64,000 nucleotides of DNA from Squalus acanthias (Eukaryota), in contig CM059431.1 of NCBI GenBank assembly GCA_030390025.1, positions 144,028,001 through 144,092,000 of the forward strand, read 5' to 3'. Positions 24,705 to 38,537 of the stretch are shown in pieces. The translations under genes were made by a program, and so were the position numbers. Below the pieces are notes generated by a model, which saw only the letters and a program-made list of their open reading frames with translations, ran no database searches and had not been told where the DNA came from. Position 1 is the stretch's first letter; each line of letters opens with the position of its first letter.

Positions 24705-25730
24705 GAGTGAGATTTACAGAGTGAGGGAATGGGAGTGAGATTTACAGAGTGAGGGAGTGGGAGTGAGATTTACAGAGTGAGGGAATGGGAGTGAGATTTA
24801 CAGAGTGAGGGAATGGGAGTGAGATTTACAGAGTGAGGGATTGGGACTGAGGTTTACAGAGTGAGGGAATGGGTGTGAGATTTACAGAGTGAGGGAGTGG
24901 GACAGATTTACAGAGTGAGGGAGTGGCAGTGAGATTTACAGAGTGAGGGAATGGGAGTGAGAATTACAGAGTGAGGGAATGGGAGTGAGATTTACAGAGT
25001 GAGGGAATGGGAGTGAGATTTACAGAGTGAGGGAATTGGAGTGAGATTTACAGAGGGTGGGAATGGGAGTGAGATTTACAGAGTGAGGGAATGGGAGTGA
25101 GATTTACAGAGTGAGGGAGTGGGACAGATTTACAGAGTGAGGGAATGGGAGAGAGATTTACAGAGTGAGGGAATGGGAGTGAGATTTACAGAGTGAGGGA
25201 ATGGGAGACAGATTTACAGAGTGAGGGAATGGGAGTGAGATTTACAGAGTGAGGGAATGGGAGTGAGATTTACAGAGTCAGGGAATGGGAGAGAGATTTA
25301 CAGAGTGAGGGAATGGGAGTGAGATTTACAGAGTGAGGGAGTGGGAGAGAGATTTACAGAGTGAGGGAATGGGAGTGAGAATTAGAGATTGAGGGAATGG
25401 TAGTTAGCTCTACAGAGTGAGGGAATGGGAGTGAGATTTAGAGAGTGAGGGAAAGGGAGTGAAATTTCCAGAGTGAGGGAATGGGAGTGAGGTTTACAGA
25501 GTGAGGGCATGGGAGTGAGATTTACAGATTGAGGGAATGGGAGTGGGATTTACAGTGTGAGGGAATGGGAGTGATATTTGCAGAGTGAGAGAACGGGAGT
25601 GAAATTTAGAGAGTGAGAGAATGCGATTGCGAGTGAGACTCACCGAGTGAGAGAACATGTCTGGCATCGATAGATTGAGGGAATGGGAGTAGGAATGAGA
25701 TTTACAGAGAGGGAGAATGGGATTTACATT
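24705..25730. repeat. 28-bp tandem repeat (GAGATTTACAGAGTGAGGGAATGGGAGT)n
   Basis: About 35 units, intronic. Confidence 0.95.
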
Positions 25731-26356
25731 GAAAGATGTGGGGTCTTGAAGGGTAACATTTGTGCAAGAACGGATAGAGAGATACACCAGATAACGATAG
25801 ATCAGTTCATCCCTGTTCTCATTGACCGAATTTCAATGCTTTTGATAAAAATTATAATTTTATGCGATGCTGTACACTGGGTTATATCGAATTAGACGCG
25901 TATTATCCTCCATGCTGGATTCTCCAATCTGAGGAAGTCAGTGGTCGGGAGATTCGGGCGGCGTGAATAATGAACGGCCAGTTCTCCATCGCCGGTGTTA
26001 TGCCATCACCCAAACTTAAAGTGAACCCTCTTTGATTTTTCTCACAATCAACATCTCATGTATATTCAGCAGGCAATTACTGTCTCTCTTTAATTTAGCT
26101 ACATTCCCCGAATCTTTTTCTGGGGGCACTTTAGCTTCTGGCGATAATATAAAATGTGCAATATCGAATTGGCCTTCCATTGTATTCAATGGGAAGGAAA
26201 ATCGGGCGTGGTATAAAATAGGGGACATATTGGATATGTCCCATTTTACACCGTCGCCCAAAGTTAAAATCCCCCCTCTGTGTCACTTTCACGCACACAC
26301 AGAACACAACTTTGATGTTTGTACTGAGATACTGAGTGACCCTCTGCTGTTGACAG

Positions 26357-26468
26357 GCTTGGAGGGCACTGCCAGCCGGCTGGGACTCGGCCTCTTGGCT
26401 CCAAGGAAGAAGATAACGGTGATGTTGATGGGGAACCATTCGGCAGGCAAAAGCTCGTTCATCAACTG
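26357..26468 (+). CDS. NTPase coding exon 2 (P-loop)
   Basis: tgacag|GLEGTASRLGLGLLAPRKKITVMLMGNHSAGKSSFIN(W)|gtgagt; G1 GxxxxGKS. Confidence 0.93.
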
Positions 26469-28002
26469 GTGAGTACGTCATTTGTTCTTTTGCTCTCGCG
26501 ATCTTGGTGACGCTGGCAAGGACGCTTTTATTCCCAACTCTAGGTGTCTTGAAGGCATTAAGAGCCAACCAAGTGGTGTGGGATCGGAGTTACTTGTTAA
26601 TGCTGCGGATGTAATATAAATGAATTTTCACATGGCATTTGATAAAACGCTTCAAAGGAAGCTTGCTACAAAACTCAGGAAAATGCTATGAGAAACTACA
26701 GCATGATAGCTGTAAATCTGTTGACAGAGAGAAAATGAGCAGGGACTCTAACCAGCGAGAATAGTGCAGGGGAAAGGTTCGAATTTTAAACTTTAGCTCC
26801 AAGCTCCAGCTTGTTCGCTGCCTTCATTGTCATGAAGAAGTATCACGCCATCGACGGGACTCCCGCTAAAGGAAGGCGGGGCCTACTTAACATTCAATAG
26901 TCGTGCCCCAATAACCTCTTCAGGCGTGCCAATTGCCTTGGATCTGGCACGCAAGGTTCGCGGCAGCCCTTTTAAAATCGGGGCCTAATGGGGATGCTTG
27001 TATTGGAGACGGGTTGGAAGTGGTATAGTCCGGGGTCAGAACTGCGTCCATTTTAGTTCTTGGTGTATATCAACGATTTGCAATTGAGCATAGGGAACTT
27101 AATCTCAAAATTTGCGCATGACCCAAATAGCAGCGGATTAAAAAACCAAGGGGACATCGAGTACATGAATTAGGAAGTAAATTTGGACAGGCCTCAGACA
27201 GAAAATGTGTGCACTTTTAGGCACCCTATATAGAACCTCATTCAGCCACAGACAGCATGCAGCATAGATTCAGCAGGATGATGCCTTCATGGTGAAGTAC
27301 TTACGTTACAACTAATCATAGTATCATAGAAAGATAGCAGCGGAAAAATAGAAAATGAGGGGACTGTAGAATGGTGGAGTTACAGAAGCAGAGAGTGAAA
27401 TAAACAGATAATCATAGAATCAGTGAATCATAGAATCATATTATCTTAGGGCTTTGGAACCACTGATTCAGAGAATAATGTAATCATAGAAATAGAAAAT
27501 CAGAGGCACACAGTTCAGAGAACTGAGAACTGCAGCATCTTAGAAGCAGAAATCAACGTGAATGAAAATCAGGTAATTTGCATAATTGGCGGGCAATCTG
27601 AAATGCCAGTTTGATGTCCAGGCAGCACGCTGAAAATCTACTTCATAGAATCAGAGATCTGAAGTACGGTAGAATCAGTGCATTATCCAGCTGCAGCACC
27701 AAAGATTCATACAATTATACAGCTGTAGAACAGTACAATCATAGAATAAGTGACTAAAAGAAACATAGGATTAAATACAGGAGTAGATAACGCAGACCCT
27801 CTAGCCCGTTTTGTCATTCAATTGTAACATGGCTGATAACTTAATACCCTTGACACATTTACCAAAAACAATCTCAATATTGAAAATGTCACTATTCTCA
27901 ACATTTACCATTTTTGAGAGACAGATTTCTAGATTGTTCTGGATTTCCATACAACAGCATATGGATTTTCTGTATCTACCCTGTCAAATCTGCATCTAAC
28001 AT

Positions 28003-29272
28003 TGAAACATAGAAACATAAACATAGAAACATAGAATATAGGAGCAGGAGCAGGCCATTCAGACTTTGGAGCCTGCTCCGCCATTCAATGAAATCATGGC
28101 TGATCATCCAACTTCAGTAACCTGTCCCTGCCTTCTCCCCATATCCCTTGATCCCTTTAGCTTTAATAAATATATCTAACTCCTTCTTGAATATATTTCA
28201 TGAATTGGCCTCTACTGCCTTCTGTGGTAGAGAATTCCACAGGTTCATCACTTTCTGGGTGAAGAAATTCCTCCTCATATCAGTCCTAAATGGCTTAGCC
28301 CTTCTCCTTAGACTATGACCCCTGGTTCTGGACTCCCCCGCCATCGGGAACATCCTTCCTGCATCTAGTCTGTCTAGTCCTGTTAGAATTTTATAAGTTT
28401 CAATGAGATCCCCTCTCATTCTTATAAACTCCAGCGAGTATGAGCCCAATCGACCCAATCTCTCCTCATACGTCATTCCTGCCATCCCAGATATCAGCCT
28501 GGTGAATCTTCGCTGCACTCCCTCCATTGCAAGAACATCCTTCCTCAGATAAGGCGACCAAAACTGCACACAATAGTCAAGATGTGGTCTCACCAAGGCC
28601 CTGTACAACTGCAGCAAGACATCCTTGTTCCTTTACTCGAACCCTTTCGCTACGAAGGGCAACATTCCATTTGCCTTCTTAACCGCCTGCTGCACCTGCA
28701 TGCTTACCTTCAGCGACTGGTGCACAAGGACATCCAGGTCTCGTTGCACTTCCCCTTCTCCCAATCTATTGCCATTCAGATAATAATCCGCCTTCCTGTT
28801 TTTGACACCAAAGTGGATAACCTCGCATTTATCCACATTATATTTCATCTGCCATGCTTTTGCCCAATCACCCATCCTGTCCAAATCATATTGGAGTTTC
28901 TCGGCATTCTCCTCACGGCACACACTCCCACCCAGCTTTGTGCCATCTGCAAACTTGGAGATATTACATCCAATTCCCTCGTCCAGATCATTAATATATA
29001 TTGTGAATAGCTGGGGTCCTGGGACCGATTCCTGCGATACCCCACTAGTCACTGCCTGCCACTCGGAAAAAGAACCATTTATTCCAACTCTTTGCTTCCT
29101 GTCTGCCAACCAGTTCTCTATCAAAGGCAATACCTTACCTCCAATCCCATGTGCTTTAACTTTGCACGCTAATCTCCTATGCGGTATCGTATAGAAAGCC
29201 TTCTGAAAGTCCAAATACACCACATCCACTGGTTCTCCCTTAACTATTCTACCAGTTCCATCCTCAAAAAAT
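28003..29272 (-). mobile_element. CR1 LINE, 5'-truncated, relatively young
   Basis: ORFs 28633-29283 and 28198-28617 (RT and C-terminus); (CATAGAAA)n tail at 28003-28035. Confidence 0.95.
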
Positions 29273-29289
29273 GCCTTAAGCATTAAAAA

Positions 29290-30370
29290 AAAAACTCGAT
29301 TAATTCACTCATTATAATTGCAAACCCGCCTGTCCTCATTATTTTACACTTCAGTGGTGGTGGAAATGTTTTGCTGTGGGGGGGGCGGGGGGACCTCCAG
29401 ATTCCCATTATTCTTTGTGGGAATATGTGCTTCCCGATTTTGCTCGTGAATGACCTAGCTTTATTTTTAAAGTTACGCTCCCTTCTTTTCGAGGACATAG
29501 TTTCTTAGCATCCATCCTACCGAATATTTTTATCAGTTTGAACGCTTCTATCAGATCTCCTTCAATGTTCTATACTCAGTGGAACACACATTTCTGCTGG
29601 TGAATATGTTCTGTACCCCTCAAAGTCCAACAAATGCTGAGGTGCGATGTCCATAACTGAACCAATACTCTAGATGGGGGCCTCACCAAGGCTCTCCACA
29701 ACTGGAGGATGACTTTCTCCGCTTTGACTTCCAGCCTCCTTGACATAGGAGCCAACATTCCTTCAATCATTTGATTACGTTTGTTACCTGTCTATTAGCT
29801 TTCAATGATTTGTCTGCACGGATACCGAATATAACTTTGCTTCTACATAGTTCGTAGTTTCTCACGATACAGAGCATCCTCCGAATTAGTTTTCTGGATC
29901 TGGAGTGATGGCCTCACGCTTTCCCGTATTGAGATCATTTTGCCACAGTTGTTCCTATTCACTTCAACGGTTTTATGTCCTTTTGTAAATTCCTGCTCCC
30001 ATCTACAATTACAAATGTGTCTGCCAACTAAGTGCAGACTTGTAATATACAACTGTCTATTCCTTCATCCAAACCATTGACAAATATGGTGAAAGGATGA
30101 GGACACAGAATAGATCCATGTGCAAGAGAACTTGTCACATCAAGACAATCAGACTATTCGCAATTTATCCAAACTCTCTGTCTCATACCTCCCAACCAAA
30201 TTACAACCCATTTCACAAGGTTGCTGCCAATTCCACACGCTTTAATTTTTGCTCATATCTCTTTTTCAAAACCTGATCAACTACCTTCTGGATGTCCATG
30301 CAGAGAACATCCAGGGGCGCTCCTTTCTCTAGCATGTTAGTGACCTCCTGAAAACAATCAACTAGTTTAC
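29290..30370 (-). mobile_element. Old degraded CR1 LINE
   Basis: Residual VILQLWRALVRP and RT-region similarity. Confidence 0.65.
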
Positions 30371-31457
30371 TCTTGCCTCCATGGCACTTAATATCCCATA
30401 CAGACTAATTCAATTTTCCTGCTCGCTAGCCGTACCTATTAATCGTATATATTCCATGAAGTTAATATATCTCCGTTGACGTTAATGGAGAAGAAAATCG
30501 ATTGCGGTGTAAAAGTGTCTCTCGGTTCGCTGTAACCCAGTTTCGTGAAACTGGCTGAGACCAATTTCACCCCGTTGAGTCTGGAGCTGGCAAAAGCGGT
30601 GTTCAATGTTAAAAAGTAAATCGTGCATTTATTGTTATCACTCACTATTCCGCTTGTGCCATAATTTATGTGATACATCTGAGAGGAATGCTGTTCTCTG
30701 TTCACTTCACTGTAAAGGTAAAGTGCCGTGTATGCACCGTCACTGTAAGAAAACATTGGAGGAAGAACTGAGTTCAACTGACCAGTAAATGAGCAAAGTT
30801 CTGGCAGAACGACTGAACTCATTATTCAAGTCTTCCTGAAGAGAAATGTTGGAGTAAATGTTCGGATATTATTGGCACAGCGATTGTCGAGGCCAAGTGT
30901 GGTCTTCAGGTGAAGCGCCTTTAGAGGCTGGGAGATAATTGGAGCAGGGCGCACTCATGTACTTCACTTCTCATTTTAGAATTCTGTCCTCATTTTTATA
31001 TAATGCTTTAATTATTTGGAATAAAACTGCAAAGCCAACGGTGATTTGGGAAGCAGAGTTTGGTGGAACATATGGGGTTCCTCTAGAGTACAGGCAGATC
31101 ATCTAGGAAAGCGCGACTACTGTTACATTGCAGCAGGAAAATTTAAGTTGAAATTATGACTAAACAGCGACAACAGAATTACGGTTTTCCATATATTACA
31201 GATAGAGCTAAAGAAAGATAATGGGGGCTTAAAACTGTGTTGTGGGGATTGTAGGTAATGATGCTTTCAGCCTTCCTCTGTACTTTAGCTCCTTAATATT
31301 TTAGCTGAAGGTTTTTCTACCCCTTTACATTGCTGTCCGTCTCTTGAACCCTCTGCTCAGATGCCTGTTTGTTCGCCGGCTTTCTGTTGAAAGATTCTGA
31401 GAGAACCGAGTTAGACAAAACCTCAATATTTGTACCTCTAATCATTGTGTCTTGTAG

Positions 31458-31551
31458 GTATGTTGAAGAACATATACAGAAAACAGCAGTTGCAACAGAA
31501 ACACAAGGATTTACCTTCGTCACCAGTGGCAGGAAAAGGGAATCCCTCACA
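31458..31551 (+). CDS. NTPase coding exon 3
   Basis: ttgtag|YVEEHIQKTAVATETQGFTFVTSGRKRESLT|gtgagt; G2 Thr region. Confidence 0.92.
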
Positions 31552-32035
31552 GTGAGTAATCTCATGAATCATCACCGAGCCCTGGCTCATTCTGTGTCTC
31601 TGATTGACTGTCTGGGAAGGAACTTCAATAAACACGAAACACTAAACTAGAGGATATTGTCTTCTGAGGCGAAGTGTGAGGGATCTGATCTCCCCCTACC
31701 CGACCCGAAGCCTTGGAAATCCCATTAATAAGGTGTGTAAACCCAGTTATTGTGCCCCATCCTCCGCCCCACGCATGGATTTGACAGCATAGCTGCATGG
31801 ATAGGAAAGGCTGTTTCTACCTTTCTAGCCCAAAGGGTTGTGGTTAATCTACTGTGATCACCGATTGAGATACGGAAACGCAGCACGGACCAGTGAGCGA
31901 GATGGGGGAGTTAATTGTATGTCTTGGGAAACACAGGGAAATATTCAACTAAAAGCTGCTCCAAAAAGGAACATTTTAAACAAGTTACGAGGAGTGAGCA
32001 TTTATTTCCTCTAATGTTTGTGTTTATTTTCACAG

Positions 32036-32090
32036 GGCAAGGCTACACTCCACCTATACCCGCAATTTCAAGCTCTGGAACAGATCGAAG
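32036..32090 (+). CDS. NTPase coding exon 4
   Basis: ttcacag|GKATLHLYPQFQALEQIE+G|gtaaat; phases fit neighbours. Confidence 0.9.
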
Positions 32091-33199
32091 GTAAATTCAC
32101 AGCGACTGTCAGTATTGCAGACAACAGGAGGGGGAACGCTCACTTTCTCTCTCCCCTCAAACCAGTGAAGTTTCCACTGTTGTACTGTGAGCCTTTCACA
32201 GGCAGGATGTCCGACAGATTAATCGACGGTGCCTAAATATTGAAATTAGGACTCGCAGGTTTAAGCAATGTAGCCTTGGACAGTGAGCACGTGCTCTATT
32301 GGAGGTGAAACATCGAATGCAAGCTGGGAAGATGATAGACATTTTGTGTGAGTGACTCGTGCTTGAAGTTGTAGGTTGATGGACAGGTGATTGAACTGTG
32401 CTTCCCGGAGAAAGTTTGGTCTTTTGCGAGCCAAAAAGAGACAAGAGAGGAAACAACAGAGATAGAGAGAGAGAGAAAGAGAGGATGAGAGAGAGCGACA
32501 GAGAGAAGAGAGAGAGAGAGAAAGACGGAGATAGATAGAGAGATATGGATGGATTGAGAGAAGTTTCTCTCCATTAGAACAAAGACAGTTTGCGGTTGAG
32601 AATTCTGCGGGATTGTTGCAAGGAGAATGGAGAAAAACTATTCCCACAGGTGGGTGAATCTATAACTTATAAGCTTTCGATTATAACCAAAAGAGGGGAG
32701 AGGTTAGGAGATGTTTTAAGCAGGTGGTTGTTAGGATATGGAGTGATCTATCAGAAATAGTTGGGTACATAGATTCAGCATAGTTTTTAAAAGGGAAGGG
32801 AATGCTTTTTTCGCAATGTAAAACATGGGAATGGGGAAAGGGTGGGGAAATGGAACTAAGGGGTTTGCTCTTTCAGAGAGCAAGCGCAGCCACAATGAGC
32901 CGAGTGGCCTCTTCCTGCACTGTAAACATTCCACGATGCGGTTTGCTTATTGTCCTGATGCATCTACTTTCAATCTATATGGGGTGATTTACCCTTTATT
33001 ACAGTAGGTTTTATGTGGCAAGTAATACAAAGGCCTGTAATGCTGGGAGCGCGCATCAAAGAGATGGGTTTGGATTAAAGGGCTTATCGTGTCAGCAGGA
33101 GCTCCGTGGCAGCATCATCACCTCTGAGTCAGAAGACAGTGGGTTAAAGGAATCCAGGTCTCGAGCACATAGGTTGCCTGATATTTCAGTGCAGAAATG

Positions 33200-33590
33200 A
33201 GGGAGTGCTGAATGGGAGATGAACAGAGGGTATAGACACTAAATGGGGAACAAACAGTGTATTAGAAACTAAGTGGTGAATGAACAGTGGGGATATAATC
33301 TAAATGGGGAATAAACTGTCGAATAGGAACTAAACGGAGAATAATCAGGGTAATAGAAACTAAATGGGAAATAACAAGGGAATATAAACTAAATTGAAAT
33401 AAACAGGGGAATAGACACTAAATTGAAAAATGCACGTGGAATACTCACGGAGAATGTAAAATCAGTGGGTCATATACAGCGGGATAAAAATAAAATATGT
33501 CATAAACGGCGGAATGCAGACTAACTGGGAACTAACAGGTGTAATAGAATCTAAATGGGAAATATAGAGGAGAATAGGGGACTAAACAGG
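33200..33590. repeat. Degenerate ~30-bp tandem repeat (ACTAAATGGGGAATAAACAG..)
   Basis: Recurrent CTAAATGGG(G)AA; one more unit near 34150 beyond the intervening insertions. Confidence 0.6.
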
Positions 33591-33734
33591 AGCGTGTTCA
33601 GGCACATTTTGATACCGAGATAACATTTCGGATTAACAACAAAAAACGCTGGAAAATCTCAGCAGGTGAGGCAGCATCCGTGGAGATAGAAACAGAGTTA
33701 ACGTTTCAGGTCGAAGACCTTTCTTCATAACATT

Positions 33735-34140
33735 TCGGATATTCGGACAGATGACTAAAAGCTTTATCAAAGAGATAGGTTTTAAGGAGCGGCTTAAGGA
33801 GGAGATAGAGGTAGAAAGGCGGAGAGGTTTACAGAGGGAATTGCAGAGATTCGGGCCCAGGCAGCTGAGGCACGGCCGCCAATAGTGGAGCATTGAAAAG
33901 CGGAGATGTGCAACAGGCTAGAATTGATGGAGCTCAGAGATCTCGGAGGGCTGTAGGGCTGGAGTAGGTTACAGAGATAATGAGGGTCGAGGCCGTGTGG
34001 GATTTATTGAACACATGGATGTTAATTTTGATATCGAGGCATTTGAAGACAGGGTGGCAAAGTCGGTCAGAAAGAACAGGTTTGATGGGTGAACGGCACT
34101 TAGTGCGAGTTAAGATACGAGCAGCAGAGTTTTAGATGAG
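33735..34140 (-). mobile_element. L2 LINE 3' fragment
   Basis: Homologous to 44060-44340 and 46990-47635 (FSCLGPKLWNSLPKPLRL-type C-terminus). Confidence 0.75.
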
Positions 34141-34699
34141 GGGGAATATGAACTAAATGGGGAATAAACAAGTGAAATACCAACGCATAGAATGAAACAT
34201 AGAACAATTTGCGAAGCAGAGAAGTAGAGGTCGGTGAAGTATACGTTCTTCTGTGCATAAAGGTTGATGAGTTGAAAGATAAAAAACTGAGGTACCACAG
34301 CACCGCCACTGACAGGAGGGTGAAATTACAGCATAATGTTTCCATTTAGTTTCTATTATAAAATGGACACAGAAATTTATAATTTGGAAAATGTTGATGG
34401 AAATGTGTGACAAAAACATGACTTTGGAAAAGTTGCAGACAGGAATTGTACACAGACATAAGACATTTTTTTGATATATTTATGATATAGCCATCTCATC
34501 AATTCCATTGCGGGATATTATCATTAAATCTATTTTGGAATTTTAATTAATTGACTATCAAGGGAGGTTGATGTATAAAGAAAGCCTTTCGCGAATTACA
34601 AACACACCAACATGAACTGGAAAGTGCTATTCCCGCAGCAGAACCTGGAATTCTGGAACAACTTCTGCTCCTGCTCACTGCTCGTTCTGTGCTCCACAG

Positions 34700-34840
34700 G
34701 AGTGACAGACTACCTGGCCACCGAGATCAGCACCTCCAAACAGAAGCAGTTTAACCTGGTGACCTTTATCGATACCCCAGGGCTTGTGGATGGAGACATG
34801 ACCTATGAGTTTGATGTTGACAAAGCGCTTATCTGGCTGG
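34700..34840 (+). CDS. NTPase coding exon 5 (G3)
   Basis: ccacag|GVTDYLATEISTSKQKQFNLVTFIDTPGLVDGDMTYEFDVDKALIWL+G|gtaaca. Confidence 0.93.
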
Positions 34841-35649
34841 GTAACAGATCAACCCGCACCGTGAGATAGACACCAGTGCTCGATCATTTGGAAATTGCTG
34901 TCAACACATTTCAATATTAAAATCTGGCAGATTTCTATAATTTTGTTTTATGTTCATTCTCGGGATGTCAACGTCACTGGCAACCTTGGCATTGATCGCC
35001 CATCCTTAGTTCTCCTGAAAATGTGGTGGGGGAATTTCTTCTCAAATTGGTGGTATATTTTCTGTGATATAACTATGCCGCTCCAAGTTTACTTCAGAGG
35101 CGAGTTGTCAAACCTACTGCTGAGGGACTGGAGTCAGGTGTATGCCAGATCGGGTAAGGTTGACAGTTTGACTTCCCTAAACGGCTTTAATAAACCTGTT
35201 AGTTGTTTATGACAGTCCGCCAGCCTTATACTCACGTTTACTAATATCAGCGTTTTCTTTCCGGAATGTTTTAAAAAATGAACAAATTCTTATTTTCTGT
35301 GGTAGGATTTGAATGCATATTTTGCTCGATTTCTAGTCCAGCAACTTAACCACTACACTGCCGTACCTAGCCCAATGTATGCGGGAAATCAGGTGACAAA
35401 GGAAACATGGAGAGACCCGAGGGATACCTGGAAGCCTGAACACCAATGAGCAAGGGGTGTTCTTGCTCTAAGTTATTTCGTTGTATCTGTGTTCAGAAAT
35501 GAACCTACGTACAGCCTTCCCCGTAAGGAGCTAATAATTTAAAGGGAAACAGGAAGAAGGTTGTTTAGGAACAGCATTAACCAGAATGACAGAAGGTTCC
35601 ATTTGTACAGCGGCTTTAGACAGAAAATGTCGAATGGTAATCCACAACA

Positions 35650-36836
35650 CCCCCCTCCCTCCTCATTCTCCACCCCCTACTCCTCCACCCCCTCCTCCTC
35701 CTCCACCACCCCCTCCACCTCCTCCACCACCCCCTCCTCCTCCACCACCACCCCCTCCTCCTCTCCACTCCTCCTCCTCCACCACCCCCTCCTCCTCCTC
35801 TCCTCTCCTCCTGCACCACCCCATCCCCTCCTCTTCTCCTCCGACACCCCTCCTCCTCCCCCCTCCCTCCTACTCCACCCCTGCCCCTCCCCAATTCCTC
35901 CTAATTCACCACCCCCTCTTCCTCCCTTCCCTCCTCCACCAACCCCTCCTCCTCCCCTCCCTCCTCCTCCCCTCCCTCCTCCTCCACCACCCCATCCTCC
36001 TCCACTCCCTCCTCCTCCAACACCCCTCCTCCTCCCCTCCTCCTCCCCCCACCCCCTCCTTCTCCCCTCCTCCTCCCCATACCTCCTCAACCCCCTTTTC
36101 CTCCCCTCCTCCTCCCCTCCCTCCTCCTCCTCCTCCACCTCCTCCTCCACCCCTCCTCCTCCTCCACCCCTCGTCCTCCTCCACACCCTCCTCCCCCTCC
36201 CTCCTCCATCAGCCCCTCCTCCTCCTCCACCCCCTCCTCCTCCACCCCCGCCCCTTCCCCTCCCCCTCCTCCTCCTCCTCCCCTTCCTCCTCCACCCCCT
36301 TACCCTCCTCCTCCACACCCTCTACCCCCTCCTCCTCCCCCCCACCTCCCCCTCCCTCTCCACCCCCCACCTACTCCCCCACCACCCCTCCCTGCTCCTC
36401 CTCCTCCTCCAACCCCTTCCCCCACTCCCCCCTCCTCCTTCACCCCCCTCCCCCACTTCCTCCACCCCGCCTCCCCCAATTCCTCCCCCCTCCCCCTCCT
36501 CCCCCCTCCCCCTCCTCCTCCTCCCCCTCCCCCTACTCCTCCTCCACCCCTCCTCCTCCACCCCCTCCTCCTCCTCTTCCCCCCTCCTCCTCCTCGACCT
36601 CCCCACCTCCTCCCCTCTCCCGCCATCCTCCTCCTCCCCCCTTCCCCCCTCCTCCTCCTCCCCCCTCCCCCTCCCCCTCCCCATCCACCCCCTCCCCCCG
36701 TCCGCCTCCTCACCCCTCACCCACCTCCTCCCCACGCCACCACTCCCCCTCCTCCTCCCCCATCCCCCCTCCCCCCTGCCCCTCCTCCTTCCCCTCCTAC
36801 CCCCACCCCACCCCACCCCTCCCCAACTCCTCCCCT
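35650..36836. repeat. (CCT)n-like polypyrimidine tract, ~1.2 kb
   Basis: Almost entirely C/T with some A and very few G; intronic. Confidence 0.95.
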
Positions 36837-37062
36837 AAATCAAGTGATAAAGGAAAAGACAAGAAAGGATAACAGTTATAGGGTTCAGAAACGGAATAAA
36901 GACTTTTATTTAAATATTAGATTACATAAGCTGTTTAAAGTTGGATCGCCAAGTGAGAAGTTTAATGGGAGAGTTTGTGTGAGTGATAAGGAATTTGATA
37001 ATAGGAGTGGGGTAAAAGCTGCAGAGCAAACTGTGGGCGTGGATGAGGATTTTACATTCTTT

Positions 37063-37243
37063 GGCCTAGAAATTCGGCTCGGGCGGTGACGAAAAACTAG
37101 CGGTATCGGATCGGACGCCCATTGTTCGCCGTGCCTGATATTCAGTTCTATTGCAGTCAACTGAATATCAGGCGCTACGTAAAACGGGCGGCCTATCCGA
37201 TACCGCTCGCTTTGTGCCACCGCCCGAGACGAATTCCTAGCCC
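37063..37243. mobile_element. Palindromic hairpin MITE
   Basis: Ends GGCCTAGAAATTCGGCTCGGGCGGTG / CACCGCCCGAGACGAATTCCTAGCCC; central stem GCCTGATATTCAGTT/AACTGAATATCAGGC. Confidence 0.8.
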
Positions 37244-38376
37244 ACTGACTCCGGAGACTAAGGAAACAAGGTAGGTCAGTGAAGATGGGAGTGATGGGCG
37301 ACTAAAACTCAATGCAACAGGAAGTGGGAGGCGAGGCGACATTTTAGATGAGCTTTCTAAGCGTATGTTGGCAATATTACATTTCATGATTTCTGGATTT
37401 GAAAATCCACTCAGGTAGTGTTTCTGTTTGCCTGGTTTGCATTCCGACTCACATCCACATCCACTCAGGAATCCACACCGGGTAGGGTAGATCTAACACC
37501 CGTCGCCGGTAGACGGCCTGCTGATTGCTCAGCCGGTGGTGAGCCTGCATTGTTCTGCAGGGCCTGTGAAATGAAGTCGGAAGCGCACTGCCGACCAGCG
37601 ACGGACTACCCCTCATCTCCCAATAAAGAAAGCGATAGCTGGTCATTCAGAGTGTCCTGCAGTGTAGCGGAGCCTGTCTCACCAAATAGTGTGGGACTGG
37701 AGTCACATGTAGTCCAGACCGGATAGGCATCTCCGAAGTGATGTTAGTGAGTGTTTGTAATCACAATGCAGCAGCCTCCATGGTCATTTTTTTGGTACCA
37801 AATTATTTCATTCTGTTTCACCACTCACCATGGTGAGATTTCAATTCACAACCCCTGGTTTCTAGTCAAGTACCACGACCACTTCACTACCACCCACTTC
37901 ATGAACGGAGCCTTCTTTGTTTCCCTTTTTTGCTGCTTTCTCCATTCTGGAGAATTACTCTTGCCGGGTTCTGTTCCACGGGCGTGGGTGCCCTCTGGTA
38001 CCTGGTGTGATTAGAGACTCTCCATATTTGAGCCAAGACACTGTGCGTGGGCTGGCGTTTCTTTGCTGCAGTCTGATACAATGGAGCCCATTCGCTCCTT
38101 TCACCATACCCTTACGTGCAAGGAGTTAATAGCCAGGAATGAACTATGGGAGTCTGTCGCTGATTGGCCCTCCCTGACCCAGGGCCCACTCAGTAAAGTT
38201 GCAGCGTCCAGTGCACCCCGGCTGAGAGTAGGTGAAGAAAGTTTGTACTGTCATAGGCTTCAGCCCCACACCTTTCAGAGCACTCACCCATCCATTGTGG
38301 TCATTTATTGGGCATTATTGAGACACTCCTAACACCGTGTAAGTTTCCGAATTGTTCACTCGTTTTCTGTCTGCAG

Positions 38377-38537
38377 GTGAACAGGCCGATCTGATCTTTG
38401 TCTTCTTTGACCCGATGGGCCAGGCCCTGTGTAAATGGATCCTGAACTTGGTGGAAAAGTTGAAAGAAAAACACGGAGATAAACTAAAGTTCTACCTGAG
38501 CAAAGCCGATGAAGCTGGCCATGAGAGTGACAGACAG
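38377..38537 (+). CDS. NTPase coding exon 6 (G4)
   Basis: ctgcag|GEQADLIFVFFDPMGQALCKWILNLVEKLKEKHGDKLKFYLSKADEAGHESDRQ|gtacag. Confidence 0.93.

Noticed and set aside
35561..36872. 425/428-aa Pro/Ser/Leu-rich ORFs and reverse Gly/Arg/Glu ORFs
   Set aside because: Artefacts of a low-complexity C/T tract that lacks stops in several frames; intronic.
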